A DNA stretch of 63,369 nucleotides, the filler included, from Basidiobolus ranarum (Eukaryota), in the NCBI GenBank assembly GCA_040143965.1. It is 54 parts of 54 records of this genome, joined end to end, with 100 filler letters (N's around TTAATTAATTAA, not from the genome) between each part and the next. Parts side by side here need not be neighbours in the genome. Positions count along the whole stretch, not along the records: positions 51,766 to 52,836 come from JASJQH010013444.1; positions 52,937 to 54,007 come from JASJQH010013445.1; positions 54,108 to 55,178 come from JASJQH010013446.1; positions 55,279 to 56,349 come from JASJQH010013447.1; positions 56,450 to 57,519 come from JASJQH010013448.1; positions 57,620 to 58,689 come from JASJQH010013449.1; positions 58,790 to 59,859 come from JASJQH010013450.1; positions 59,960 to 61,029 come from JASJQH010013451.1; 46 more parts are not named here. One strand, written 5' to 3'. The notes beneath the pieces were generated by a model. The model saw only the letters and a list, made by a program, of their open reading frames with translations. It did no database searches and was not told the DNA's origin. How positions within the stretch are numbered: the stretch's first letter is position 1; the number at the start of each line of letters is the position of its first letter. Positions 52,372-63,369 of the stretch are shown in pieces. Made by a program: the position numbers and the translations under genes.

Positions 52372-52836
52372 TTTAAGAATTTTCTCCGTAGCATCATCAA
52401 GTGAGCAAGCCCTTTTTGCTCATGATGTTCCACAAGGATTTCCCATGCATTCTTGACAGAGTCAGTATCTCTGACTAGCATAAGTTGTTGTGATCCCAGT
52501 CTTAGACATATTTCCCTGAATGCCAATCTTTATCTTTGAAGGCTGCCCTGGCTTCTATATGTGTTGGCTTGTTTGTTTCAGTGTCAGAATCTGTATTTTC
52601 TTCTTCAGAAGTTTCTTCTTCTTTATCTGGTTCAAATACTTCCCAGACATGTTTCCCTTCAAGCACAAGTTGCATCTTGAATTTCCATTCATGGAAATCT
52701 TCCCCATTGAATGTTGGAATATTAGTAATCTCCTTTTGGGAAGAAGACTCTACTTCACTCGCTGCTACCATGTTGGAGGATCTTGACATAATGGGGTAGA
52801 CTTTGAGTATTAGAAGCAACTTATGATAGTGTGTTT
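52372..52836 (-). mobile_element. Copia 5' end: LTR-e end (52771-52836), PBS (52758-52770), gag
   Basis: CCTCCAACA|TGGTAGCAGCGAG, and FNGEDFHEWKFKMQLVL. Confidence 0.88.
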
Positions 52837-52936
52837 NNNNNNNNNNNNNNNNNNNNNNNNNNNNNNNNNNNNNNNNNNNNTTAATTAATTAANNNNNNNN
52901 NNNNNNNNNNNNNNNNNNNNNNNNNNNNNNNNNNNN

Positions 52937-54007
52937 TAATTTTACCATGGAACTCCATTGCTGCGATCGAGTCCATCCCCATATCAACTAGAGATTTGGA
53001 ATGATCGGCAAATTGATCGCAAGGCTCATCCAAGATGGCAGCAATGGCTTTTTGCAGAAATGATTTGATGGAGTGTTCATTGATCTCGATCAGTTGTGAA
53101 TGCCCTGGTCTGCTATCAGCTTGCTCAAACAATTCGTTGATCTCTTTTTCATACTCTTTCATTATCTTCTTACGGGAAATGTTGCGCTTAGGTGTACACG
53201 GGAGGGTTCGGTTTGGAGGTAGGATATAAATCATATTCTTGCGAATCCTTGAGTGCTTTGGGATCTGACCATTGATAGTTTCTAACAAATCGCGAGTCAG
53301 TTGAAGAGATGCTTTCTCAGTGTGACCTTCAGAAAGCTCCACAAATAAGCATGTACCTGATCTATCAGCACCTAGTATGGCTACATTTTTAAAAGCACCT
53401 TTTCCATCGGCCATCAGTTGCTTCTCTATAGGCAAGGGTCTAGTTTTCTCACCATTGTTGTGGACCAGAATATCATCATATCTTCCCTTATACATCCACT
53501 TGCCTGACTCAGCTGGAGTCTCAACAAAAAGATCTCCTGTATGAAAAGTTCTTGTCTCTGAGTTGATTACTAATCCTGGAGCTAATACCGGCTCATCAGC
53601 GCAAAATCTCAACTCTTTCTCATCCGTAAACCCTTCTAGTGATGCAAAAAAGGTTTTGTCTGGGTTGACAGGCGTCATTAAATTCCAGTTTTTGTCAGCT
53701 GGATCGGAATTCGCTGCTAGAATTAACCCAGTAGTTTCAGTCATTCCATACATGGATACAAGATTGACATTTTGTTTGATTAAGTTAGTGGCAATATGTT
53801 CAGAGAATGCTGCACCGCCAATTATTATCACTCGTAACTTCTGCAATAAAGGATATACCGTGGGATCCTCCTCAGCAATAAAATAAAGTTGTTCCAGCAT
53901 CCATGGCACAAGTACTAGCAAAGTTGGTTTGTATCTTTTCATGATATTAATGATATTGCGACCGGTGGGAATGAAGGTCCCCAAATGTAAAGGTGGAATT
54001 ATATAAG
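52937..54007 (-). CDS. NRPS-like adenylate-forming enzyme (A domain plus carrier domain), fragment
   Basis: IIGGAA, YGMTETTG, FHTGDLF, GRYDDILVHNNGEKTRP, TPKRNI, and PPant site MGMDSI. Confidence 0.88.
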
Positions 54008-54967
54008 NNNNNNNNNNNNNNNNNNNNNNNNNNNNNNNNNNNNNNNNNNNNTTAATTAATTAANNNNNNNNNNNNNNNNNNNNNNNNNNNNNNNNNNNNN
54101 NNNNNNNTACCCAATCAACTGTATAACCAAGACATTCACATGTTTTAAGGCCAATCATTTGTCCCTCACTAACACAGTATCTTGATTTTCAATTGGGCCC
54201 AACAGCCCCTGCAGTTCAAAATACCAGAAGTTTTGGCACACCAGTGACAAATCACAGCACTTGTTGATGGATTGATTTGCAGTATGGGAGTAGTGATTAG
54301 GATCACTTGATTTGTCATTCTTAGATCAGCAAATTATTCATTAAATCATGTAAGCTTATAATTGGGTGAGAATGTGAATGGATTGAGCCTTATTTAGCCA
54401 ATACAGCTGTGCAGACTTTTTATTGACAGACAACTTTCATATATTTGTAGTGAAATTGCTTGTATTAATAGGTTATCATTGATGTTTTTGATATATATGA
54501 CAATTTCATGCTATCAGTGTTTCATAAAGACATTAGCAATTGTGATCCTACTAATGCAATTTATGCTCTATTTAACTGTAATCCATATTGATTTTGCATG
54601 ATGCACTATACAGTAAAGATAGGATAATGTGAGTATTAACAAGAGTATTCAGCAGTTGCCTAGGTTTGAAGCAGTACATGCTTATTTGCTTCTGTTACTT
54701 TAGTTGTCTCCTTGATATTTCCATGGAAGGAACTTTGCTTAAACTCTGCATTGAGTTGGTTGGTTAGATCCTGCTGAACTTCCTCTACCTTGGCCAGCAT
54801 GAATTGTGGCTTGAGGTCAAGGCACCATGGTATGCATTGGCTTGTCCAATCTAGTTTGTGGTTTGTTTGTTTCTACAGTCTCTTCTTCAGATGTGGAGCC
54901 TTCACTTAATGGGTCAACCAGCCATCACTGCTGATGCACAGCTCTATGCATTGACCCAGAATGTCTC

Positions 54968-55178
54968 ACTTGAGGTTTGTGCTTGGCAGTTATTGCTTAT
55001 TCAACCACGGTAGAAGCTTCATCTCTTTTGACTGGCTGTGGCCATGGTTGCATGGCAGTATGTATTGGAGCAAGTCATCTACCTGGAGGTTAGTGCTTGA
55101 CAGTAATTGCTTCTTCAATCATGGTGGAATCTTCATCTCCTTTGACTGGCAAGGGCTGTGGTTGCAAGGAAGTTGGTG
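54968..55178. repeat. Degenerate 114-bp tandem duplication within a CpG-poor repeat
   Basis: GAGGTTTGTGCTTGGCAG at 54972 versus GAGGTTAGTGCTTGACAG at 55086. Confidence 0.7.
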
Positions 55179-55278
55179 NNNNNNNNNNNNNNNNNNNNNN
55201 NNNNNNNNNNNNNNNNNNNNNNTTAATTAATTAANNNNNNNNNNNNNNNNNNNNNNNNNNNNNNNNNNNNNNNNNNNN

Positions 55279-55493
55279 CAATATCTCTATATCTATATAA
55301 CAAGTATGTCTTATTACCCCCACCTATCTATTATATCTTATTACACAAACTCCTGAATATCTCAAACAATTGATTTACTTTTCTACTGTATAAGTCACCA
55401 TATACTCTTAAGAATAAACTAACTAAAAACACACAATCATAAGTTGCTTCTAATACTCAAAGTCTACCCCCATTATGTCAAGATCCTCCAACA
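55279..55493 (+). repeat. LTR family e, 3' part
   Basis: Ends CCTCCAACA. Inverted relative to 55967-56282. Confidence 0.8.
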
Positions 55494-55966
55494 GTGTTAG
55501 AACTGACTATTTCAAATATCATATACAAGTTATTAATTATTGATTTTCAAGTCTTACCTAATAAAAGTCTGAAATATTATCAATGTATGTATCACCCATC
55601 CATCTATTAACAGGTTTAAGCTTGAGTTTTAGTTCCATATATAGAGGGATAATAAGAATGGTTGATTTATCTCTGTTGGAGGTATCCAAAAATCTCAATG
55701 TAATACTGCCACACAGATATCTTGCACAAGCTTTCATTATAATTAATCAAATTCAAGTTTTTGTAAACTCCGCTTTGAATATTGGAAGTAATGTCATTGG
55801 CTGAAGAATATCCCCTGTAAATATACTAACTTACAACAACTCACTTGATAAGACAATGCATAATTCAAATTTTTGAAATATGTATGGCCTAAGTAGCTAT
55901 ACAGTTATATATATAGCTTAGTAGCTAGATAATGCATATTTCACTATGACACCACTCACCATTTTC

Positions 55967-56282
55967 TGTTGGAGGATTTTGATATAATGGGGGTAGACTT
56001 TGGGTATTAGAAGCAACCTATGATAGTATATTTAGTTACTATATTCTTAAGAGTATATGGTGACTCATATAGTAGAAAAGTGAATCAATTGTTTGAGATA
56101 TTCAGGAGTTTGTGTAATGAGATATAATAGATAAGTGGGGGTAATAAGACATACTTGCTATATAGATATAGAGATATTCCTATTTAGAATATAGGGGCTG
56201 TAGATACATTGCTTTCCATTTCTGATATATGTATCATAATTAAAGTTAACTATGATGTTGAATAAAGATTAATTATCCAACA
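55967..56282 (-). repeat. Solo LTR family e
   Basis: TGTTGGA...TCCAACA termini. Flanks TTTTC/CCTTC may be a decayed 5-bp TSD. Confidence 0.82.
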
Positions 56283-57039
56283 CCTTCCCTTAATTCTTAT
56301 TCAGCATTGTGCTTATATTCACTAATGCATATTCCTGCTCTTAACTTCTNNNNNNNNNNNNNNNNNNNNNNNNNNNNNNNNNNNNNNNNNNNNTTAATTA
56401 ATTAANNNNNNNNNNNNNNNNNNNNNNNNNNNNNNNNNNNNNNNNNNNNTTAATGCTAGTATTGCCTCAACTATTTTATGTCCGTATACAAGGGACAGTT
56501 ATCTACTCTAAGTGCGACAATATAATACACCAATCAGACAAGGCAAAAGGGCATTCAATGAATGCTTCAATAAGTAATAAAATAAAAATACTTGTTTACT
56601 TCCCATTCCGGTTTTATATAACAACCTAACCCTAGTCTACCGCCAGTTCCCTCACATATGCTAAGCGGTATGTTACACCGATACAATCCCATAATTTAAA
56701 GCATCAAACAAATTTACCATCAATATATATAGAGATACTCAACTTGCAGTGACAATGAAGATAGTCTCTACGTGAGTTTGTGCCATTCCTGTGAGCACCT
56801 TTCAAGTAATATACTTGAGTACACGTAGCTCGAGTCATTTTATCACCATCAGTAGTAACCATTTTATAGTTAGCTTTTATCATTAGCATTGGATCATTCT
56901 GTACGCTAATATATTGGCAGATGTTATGGTAAGTGTTGTTTAATCACCAAATCAGTGTTATAAGCTTAATATGCCGCCTATCTCAATATAAATATTAATG
57001 AACATACATACAGAAGTGTATTAACGAATATATACAAAT

Positions 57040-57519
57040 ATGCATATCACATTAGGCCTACTCCTCACCTCAGTATTACTTGCTAAAGTCTCCGTGGCAG
57101 TTCCCTCTGGCAGATATTCTAATCGTCATAAAAAATCAACGCTATCAGAAAACTCGGAGGATAATACTTCCTCTATTGAGCAGCCTGGAAGTGTTGAAAG
57201 TCAGCAAGAGCCAGTTCCGTTACTCAAGCAAGTATTCACTACTGTAACTAGAAAACATGATAACTTGAATGATGCGAATATCAATGACCAAGGAAATTCT
57301 GATGTAAAATTTCAGTCCGGACCTAGCTTTGAAGTTGAAGGTAGCGGTGTAAATTCTAACCAGGGAGAGGTTGTTGACTCCGGGCCATATGATGATAATA
57401 ATATTACCCCAGGAGTGTATGAAATGCCACAAGATACTGAAGGCGAGATGGAAATGGCTCCAACACCACCGGTGGATGGTTTTAGCTCTGAAGATACTTC
57501 GCCGTCTCAAGCATCAGAT
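57040..57519 (+). CDS. Secreted acidic, low-complexity protein, 3' truncated
   Basis: Signal peptide MHITLGLLLTSVLLAKVSVA-VPS, TATAAA about 50 bp upstream. Confidence 0.75.
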
Positions 57520-57620
57520 NNNNNNNNNNNNNNNNNNNNNNNNNNNNNNNNNNNNNNNNNNNNTTAATTAATTAANNNNNNNNNNNNNNNNNNNNNNNNN
57601 NNNNNNNNNNNNNNNNNNNT

Positions 57621-57827
57621 AAACATGCCAATGTCGGTGGAGCTATTGGTTTGTTAACTAGTTTCTTTGGACTTGCTCTGATAGCCTCAATTCCCTGGTA
57701 TTTCTTCGGTGTTGAAGGCCGTAATATGACATTGGAAGGTATGGTGCAAGGAACACGGAATGAGCCATTGGAGTTAATTGATCAAACCAAAGATAAACAA
57801 TTAGATTATTATCATAAAACTGCCTAG
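57621..57827 (+). CDS. Probable MFS transporter C-terminus (paralog 1)
   Basis: Hydrophobic helix then VEGRNMTLEGM (variant of the PETKGxxLEE motif), ending in TAG. Not in the ORF track. Confidence 0.6.
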   Translation, partial: KHANVGGAIGLLTSFFGLALIASIPWYFFGVEGRNMTLEGMVQGTRNEPLELIDQTKDKQLDYYHKTA

Positions 57828-58478
57828 ATTAGAAGTATCCCATTAACTATGAAATTTGTGAATAAACCGATGTCTTTCTGCATCTATCTACCACTATGAG
57901 CTTTCTGAATTCTTTTGAATGGATGAGAAACGTGGCCTAACTTGAATAAATAATATTAAGTCATAGAAAATATGATTACTTTATTTCAATATATAACGTT
58001 AGCCGACTCAATTATACTTTTTGATTCTATTGTTTTACATGGGACTACCCAAAATAACTTAGCTTTATCAAATACAACTTTGATTTCCTTCTAAGGCATA
58101 ACAATATAAGTACAAAGATAGAACGTGAATGACAATCTTTCCATGTCAATAAAGAAAGATCAAATAATATAATTAAGCAAGCAAGTTATTGAAAAGTGGG
58201 TAAAGTATGATCAGCATGTCTCTCAGTTTCTTGAATCTTGCGGTTGTTCTCGGGATATAGTGATCTAGATTGTGGGAATTCTGGTAACACGTGTAGGTAT
58301 ATATGGATATTAATCTCAATTGATAGTGTCTGCCATTTTTTGGTATGCCAAATGATAGGATACAATACGGCTTGATCGTCGGTTAATGTATAAATTCAAC
58401 CCTAAGACTTTATCATGATTTAAAGGAGAATTTATTTAATAGATAACTATGTGATTGTAATATTCTAATTTGGTGGAA

Positions 58479-58688
58479 TTATTTTTGATTTTCATGTTGG
58501 TATGATAACTTTTCTCCCTTCTCCCCTACTTCTACTACGGTGGTTTTCTTATTACCATTATCCATCATACCCTCTAACGTCATATTACGGCCTTCAACAC
58601 CGAAGAAATACCAGGGAATTGAGGCTATCAGAGCAAGTCCAAAGAAACTAGTTAACAAACCAATAGCTCCACCGACATTGGCATGTTT
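58479..58688 (-). CDS. Probable MFS transporter C-terminus (paralog 2)
   Basis: Identical to paralog 1 through GRNMT, then a different tail ending ...YQHENQK*. Confidence 0.6.
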   Translation of the reverse strand, partial: KHANVGGAIGLLTSFFGLALIASIPWYFFGVEGRNMTLEGMMDNGNKKTTVVEVGEKGEKLSYQHENQK

Positions 58689-59381
58689 ANNNNNNNNNNN
58701 NNNNNNNNNNNNNNNNNNNNNNNNNNNNNNNNNTTAATTAATTAANNNNNNNNNNNNNNNNNNNNNNNNNNNNNNNNNNNNNNNNNNNNTAGTTTTGGGT
58801 GTATATTAGGGTGTATACTCGGTTGCGTTTTAAAGGTAGTTGATTGCTTTTCAACACCAAGTTCTTTTTCATCACTCGAAGTTCATCTTTTAGTGTCCGA
58901 TTTAATGAATGATGTCTATCTTTTTCAAGTGAGCTGCGGTACTCAAAGCTGAGCATTTTTGCTCTTGAGGCTGCACATATCCCTTCATCTACTTTTGTAC
59001 CATATTTGGATTGATTCGCGATACCTGTTGTCAGTTATAAATGTGTCTCGAATAGAGTTAATAGTTATTTTAACTGGATCGAATATAATAAACAGTAATA
59101 GTAATCAATCCCTTTCGAAAAAAAAAGTCATGTTTCTCTAACTTCATGATCCGTCAAATAGTATCGCTTTTCTTTAGGATGTCAAGTGCCTAGTAAATGG
59201 GTTTTGTTTGTAAGATCAACTTGTCGAATTAATTATTGAAATCAGCATACATATTGCCTTCATCCATCTACCAGACGCAGCAAATCCTTGTCCTAAAATA
59301 GGTCAAAAATAAACAATCAATATCCTAGATAAAAATCGTTACTGTTTTTCTCTCCAATTCACAGTGTTCATATTATAGCCC

Positions 59382-59859
59382 ATGACGACACAGAGTGTTC
59401 CCGAGAATACCTTACCACGACCGATTAAGAAACTCGATGAAGCAGTAGTCAATAGAATTGCTGCTGGAGAGGTACCTGAACATTCAAACTTTCTAATAAC
59501 TCTCGTACGGTGATAGTTCAACCACTTTCTAACTCACCAAAAGATTATACATAGGCCAGCAAACGCACTCAAAGAATTACTTGAAAACTCTCTTGATGCG
59601 GGTTCAGCCTCTATATCAGTGTTGGTTAAGGATGGAGGCTTGAAGCTCTTACAAATCCAAGATACTGGTCATGGAATTAGAGTAAATATACTTATCAATA
59701 TGTAGCATATATTAAAGAGACTAGAGTTTTGACCAAGTTTTTCTTCTAAAGAAAGAGGATTTAGGAATTGTTTGTGAACGCTTTACAACTAGTAAACTAA
59801 AAGATTATGATGACTTAATGTCAATTGGAACATATGGCTTTCGAGGTGAAGCTCTTGCT
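59382..59859 (+). CDS. MLH1: DNA mismatch repair protein MLH1, 5' part. Exons 59382-59471, 59544-59681, 59752->59859
   Basis: Spliced translation [36 protein letters not shown]...[34 protein letters not shown]...[10 protein letters not shown], with GT-AG introns. Confidence 0.95.
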
Positions 59860-59959
59860 NNNNNNNNNNNNNNNNNNNNNNNNNNNNNNNNNNNNNNNNN
59901 NNNTTAATTAATTAANNNNNNNNNNNNNNNNNNNNNNNNNNNNNNNNNNNNNNNNNNNN

Positions 59960-60450
59960 CGCATTTGGGTAACTTGTCAGATAAGAAGAGCCAAAGATAA
60001 CTACCGGAGTCATGATATTCCCAGATGCCATTGTCGAAGAGCCACATACCATCGGTACGAGAGTCAGTGAAGACTACATTACTAACAAGGAATTCGCAGA
60101 CTAGATCGGAAAGGACGTTATCTAAATAAGATTCTCTGACGTTAGCTTCACAACGGTCTAAGATTTTGGAGAGATTATGTTCAACTAGATGGGATTTGTA
60201 TTGGATGTAAAAAGGTTTATCCAGACGCATAATTTCGGAATCTAATTCTAATCTGGTGCAGTCGATAGACCGGATACCATCTTGTTCATAAATAGGTTCA
60301 AGGTGACCAGATTTGGCGACTAGATGTTTAATCATACCTATAATGTGTCAACAACCGGCATGATAAGCAATGTCGCAACATGATCCAAGAAAGTGTAACT
60401 CTATAGCTGAGGTATTTGTTCTTAGTTTTGTGTTATTCTTAAGATGATCG
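59960..60450 (-). pseudogene. D5-like primase-helicase N-terminal fragment (possible endogenous viral element)
   Basis: VVFTDSRTDGMWLFDNGIWEYHDSGSYLWLFLSDKLP resembles D5_N. Upstream in-frame His/Cys segment broken by one TGA. Confidence 0.45.
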
Positions 60451-60997
60451 AGATATATATTTTAAGGACTAGAAAATGATATATATATCATCAGAAGATT
60501 AGGGGCTTTTCAAATATTTAAATATCGTCGCTTATAAAATAGCTTGAATTATAGACAATTCTAATTTTCAAAGAAGTGATTTGTAACATTTCAAGCTCTA
60601 GTTGTTGATATTATTATTGATGATGTGGTTTTCTTTGATATAGTTATTTGATTTTGAACCAATCTAAGTGCTGTTGAACATGAAGAAGCAACGGAGATAC
60701 AATATAACAGTAGTCATGTATATCCTTAGAATGTCATGTCTGTTGTTACCAAAAAGGGAATAACAATGAAAATACAAAATAACGCACTAATAAAGAATGA
60801 ATTTGAGAACATAACTTCTCAGAAATCTAATTATCTATATATATCAACAAGTTAACATATGAATAAATCAATGTTCTTAAGCTATGATTTACTAAACATC
60901 TTACGCTTCCAAAATCCTTATTCTTCATACACTCTGTACACGTTAAATCTCAACTGCTCTTATCGGTGAACAACAATATCTCAAATAATTTACGCAA

Positions 60998-61029
60998 GGG
61001 GCGTTGGCCTAATGGATAAGGCATCAGAC
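60998..61029 (+). tRNA. tRNA 5' half, Arg-like (truncated by the contig end before the anticodon)
   Basis: GGGGCGT-TG-GCCT-AATGGATA-AGGC-A-TCAGA-C: D-stem GCCT/AGGC and A-box typical of eukaryotic tRNA-Arg. Confidence 0.75.
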
Positions 61030-61129
61030 NNNNNNNNNNNNNNNNNNNNNNNNNNNNNNNNNNNNNNNNNNNNTTAATTAATTAANNNNNNNNNNNNNNN
61101 NNNNNNNNNNNNNNNNNNNNNNNNNNNNN

Positions 61130-61470
61130 ATGAGCTAAACCTTGGGTATGAAGAACTCTATAAAAATATTCAGGAGAATATATCAAAGAGACTAGGGATT
61201 TCGAAGGTGACAAATTAGCGTTCAAGTGGTAATTGTGTAAAATTTGAGTTACGTTTTTTGCACATGTGTTGATCCATAGTTCTCTGAGATTTTAGCCAAT
61301 CATTCGCAACTATTTTGCGAGATCTTGAAATTTCACTCCTGAAACTGAAAAAATTGATTAAAATCAAATCTAACTTGACAATTTTATGACGGTAAGTAAA
61401 TGGTCAATCCCAAATGGATTAAAATTGTGACGGTTTTCCTACAATAACAATCCTCAAATTTCTGTTAGGG
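61130..61470 (-). mobile_element. CMC terminus B (young, CpG-intact)
   Basis: ...TGACGGTTTTCCTACAATAACAATCCTCAAATTTCTGTTAGGG. Confidence 0.85.
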
Positions 61471-62199
61471 CTTAGTGTACCAGGCCCTGGGTGTTTGTTT
61501 AAGTCCATAAAGTAATTTTTGTAGCTTACAGATGTCCTAAGGGTGCTCAGGATCCACAAAACCATCTGGTTAATCCATGAATATATCCTCTTCCAAGTCC
61601 CCATTCAAAAAAGCAGTTTTAACATCCATTTGATGGATTTTTAAGCAGTGTTTTGCTGCTACTGCTAGTACCGTTCAGATGGAATTAAACTTTGCTATAG
61701 AAGCAAAAGTTTCAGTGTAGTCCACTCCTTCCATTTGAGAGTTTCCTTTAGCCACAAGTCTGGCTTTATATCTTTCTACAGATCTATCAGCTTGCTCTTT
61801 AACTTTAAACACCCATTTGCATCCAATTGATTTTTGGTCATCAGGTAACTTAACCAAAGTCCAAGTTTGGTTATCTATGAGTGACTGATACTTTGCTGCC
61901 ATTGCAGCACTCCAAAACTACATGTTGGGACTCTCCATAGCCTCCTGTACTAATTTGGGCTCATCAGAAAAGGCTAAATTAGCACTAGGCTCCTTTTGGC
62001 TAGTGTACACTAGTAATTAGGTGGAAATCTCATCTGATTAGATCTCCTAAGATATGTAATTGGCACTACAACTTTTAGTACCAATTTAGGAAATGAAACC
62101 ACCTCAGCCTTGGTTGAGGAGACTGCAGGTGAGGACTTTGCAATGTTTTTCTCACTGATCAGGATCAGTTGAGAAAAAGAAGAATTTTCATCAATTATC
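61471..62199 (-). mobile_element. Ty1/copia RT N-terminal half
   Basis: [32 protein letters not shown]. Confidence 0.92.
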
Positions 62200-63369
62200 N
62201 NNNNNNNNNNNNNNNNNNNNNNNNNNNNNNNNNNNNNNNNNNNTTAATTAATTAANNNNNNNNNNNNNNNNNNNNNNNNNNNNNNNNNNNNNNNNNNNNG
62301 TTAAGAAACTACAAAAGTAGTTATGGCTTCGTTGTTTTGTTTGAAATAAAGATTTCACCTTTTGGTGACTGTCTCCCCCCCTAACCCACCTTTACCCCCA
62401 AGCACTATGTTTACATCCCCAAATCTTGATTACATTGGCCATCAAGTTAAGTATGGATATGATCCAGTATTGTCACAATATCTTAAAGATTGATGTCTTG
62501 ATTGTCACTTTGTTTAGATTAGTACATAAGCTAAATAAAGTTCACACCACTAGGTGCTTTTTATCCCCCCTAAATCTTTAGAACAGAAATTGGCTACGAT
62601 GAAAGACAAATTAAGGGATGGCCTGATCCGCTTCAATTAGAATTGATTAGACAGTTTTGAGTGTGGAGTTTCTATAGTTTCTATATTTAGATATAAAATG
62701 TACCTAAATGCCAACTACACCACTCGGTGCTTTTTTTCCTCCTAAGTGCTCTCCCCCGACCTTTCCCAATTCTACTTGCTACATAAATATCATTTGCGCA
62801 ATAAACAAGCCCTCTTGTTTTTAGATGTGAGCTGGCTATTACTGGAGGAAACTTAGTGCATCTCAGTCAATAGTTTGATTGGGGAAGATATGGAAAGTGA
62901 TGATTCGTAGCTGTTATTGAGATATAGTTGAAGATCATTCGTCACTTTATCAAAGGACATTTAATTGGCAACCCATGCATGTCATTGGGATGTACCTACC
63001 TATCGTTCTACAGAGCATTCAGTTAATTCATTGATCATTCGACTCCAGTTGCAATTACTATTTCCATTAATCCATATGGCATACATTCAATAATGGTAAA
63101 TAGATCCCGCGGGCATGGTAACACCTGCTTGGATGTGTCACCAATATCCAATAGACTGCAAAACTGGTAACAAAATCCCACCAAACCTTATATCCCACCG
63201 TGGGATTTTTGTAAAGTCATGTAAATGCCAATTTGACATTCGTTGTCTAGCCGACAAATTGGAGTCTTGGCGGTGGATAAACCCCAAGGGCAGAGTCCCC
63301 ACTAATCCTTATATATACCATAGCTCATCACTTACTGCTTCAGAAACTAGAATATGTGCAAGAATCATA

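Noticed and set aside
27120..54007. NRPS, NRPS-like, ABC transporter and lipase as a biosynthetic gene cluster
   Set aside because: They lie on unrelated contigs ordered by length, with no linkage information.
55279..56282. Inverted LTR-e pair as a DIRS-like or foldback element
   Set aside because: LTR-e is an ordinary copia LTR (PBS and gag at 52372-52836). Two independent insertions explain it.
58790..59030. Minus-strand exon with SKYGTKVD (FHA/NBS1-like) divergent from MLH1
   Set aside because: One short motif only. I could not splice a consistent upstream frame or find other FHA motifs.
1127..62255. Regularly spaced TTAATTAATTAA as a CRISPR-like or biological repeat
   Set aside because: Always embedded in N runs between size-sorted contigs, so it is an assembly linker. 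ORFs ending in XXX/LIN are artefacts of it.
62722..62737. TCGGTGCTTTTTTT resembling a tracrRNA/sgRNA 3' end
   Set aside because: The rest of the scaffold is absent, the context is eukaryotic, and the match is short and low-complexity.

Overview
This is not a contiguous locus. It is 54 unplaced contigs of about 1.07-1.08 kb, sorted by decreasing length and joined by 100-bp artificial spacers (N44-TTAATTAATTAA-N44), so adjacency across a spacer has no meaning. The content is fungal (GT-AG introns, ILV5, MLH1, PDR-type ABC transporter, NRPS). An early-diverging, NRPS-rich lineage is my inference only. About three quarters of the contigs are decayed, nested transposons: several Ty1/copia families, Ty3/gypsy, and one abundant CMC/EnSpm (CACTA-type, CCC...GGG termini) DNA transposon whose overall layout, with two divergent ORFs, can be pieced together. 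Old repeats have lost almost all CpG, while genes and young TE copies keep it. Non-TE contigs hold ILV5, an MLH1 5' end missed by the ORF track, an ABCG transporter 3' end, an NRPS epimerization domain with altered catalytic residues, an NRPS-like A-T protein, a tectonin-lipase fusion, secreted-protein starts, a truncated tRNA-Arg and a D5 primase-helicase-like (possibly viral) remnant. Three contigs carry inverted gene pairs: head-to-head secreted proteins, tail-to-tail MFS transporters, and two LRR ORFs whose ATGs overlap in one CATG. Family assignments come from motifs read by eye, with no database searches.
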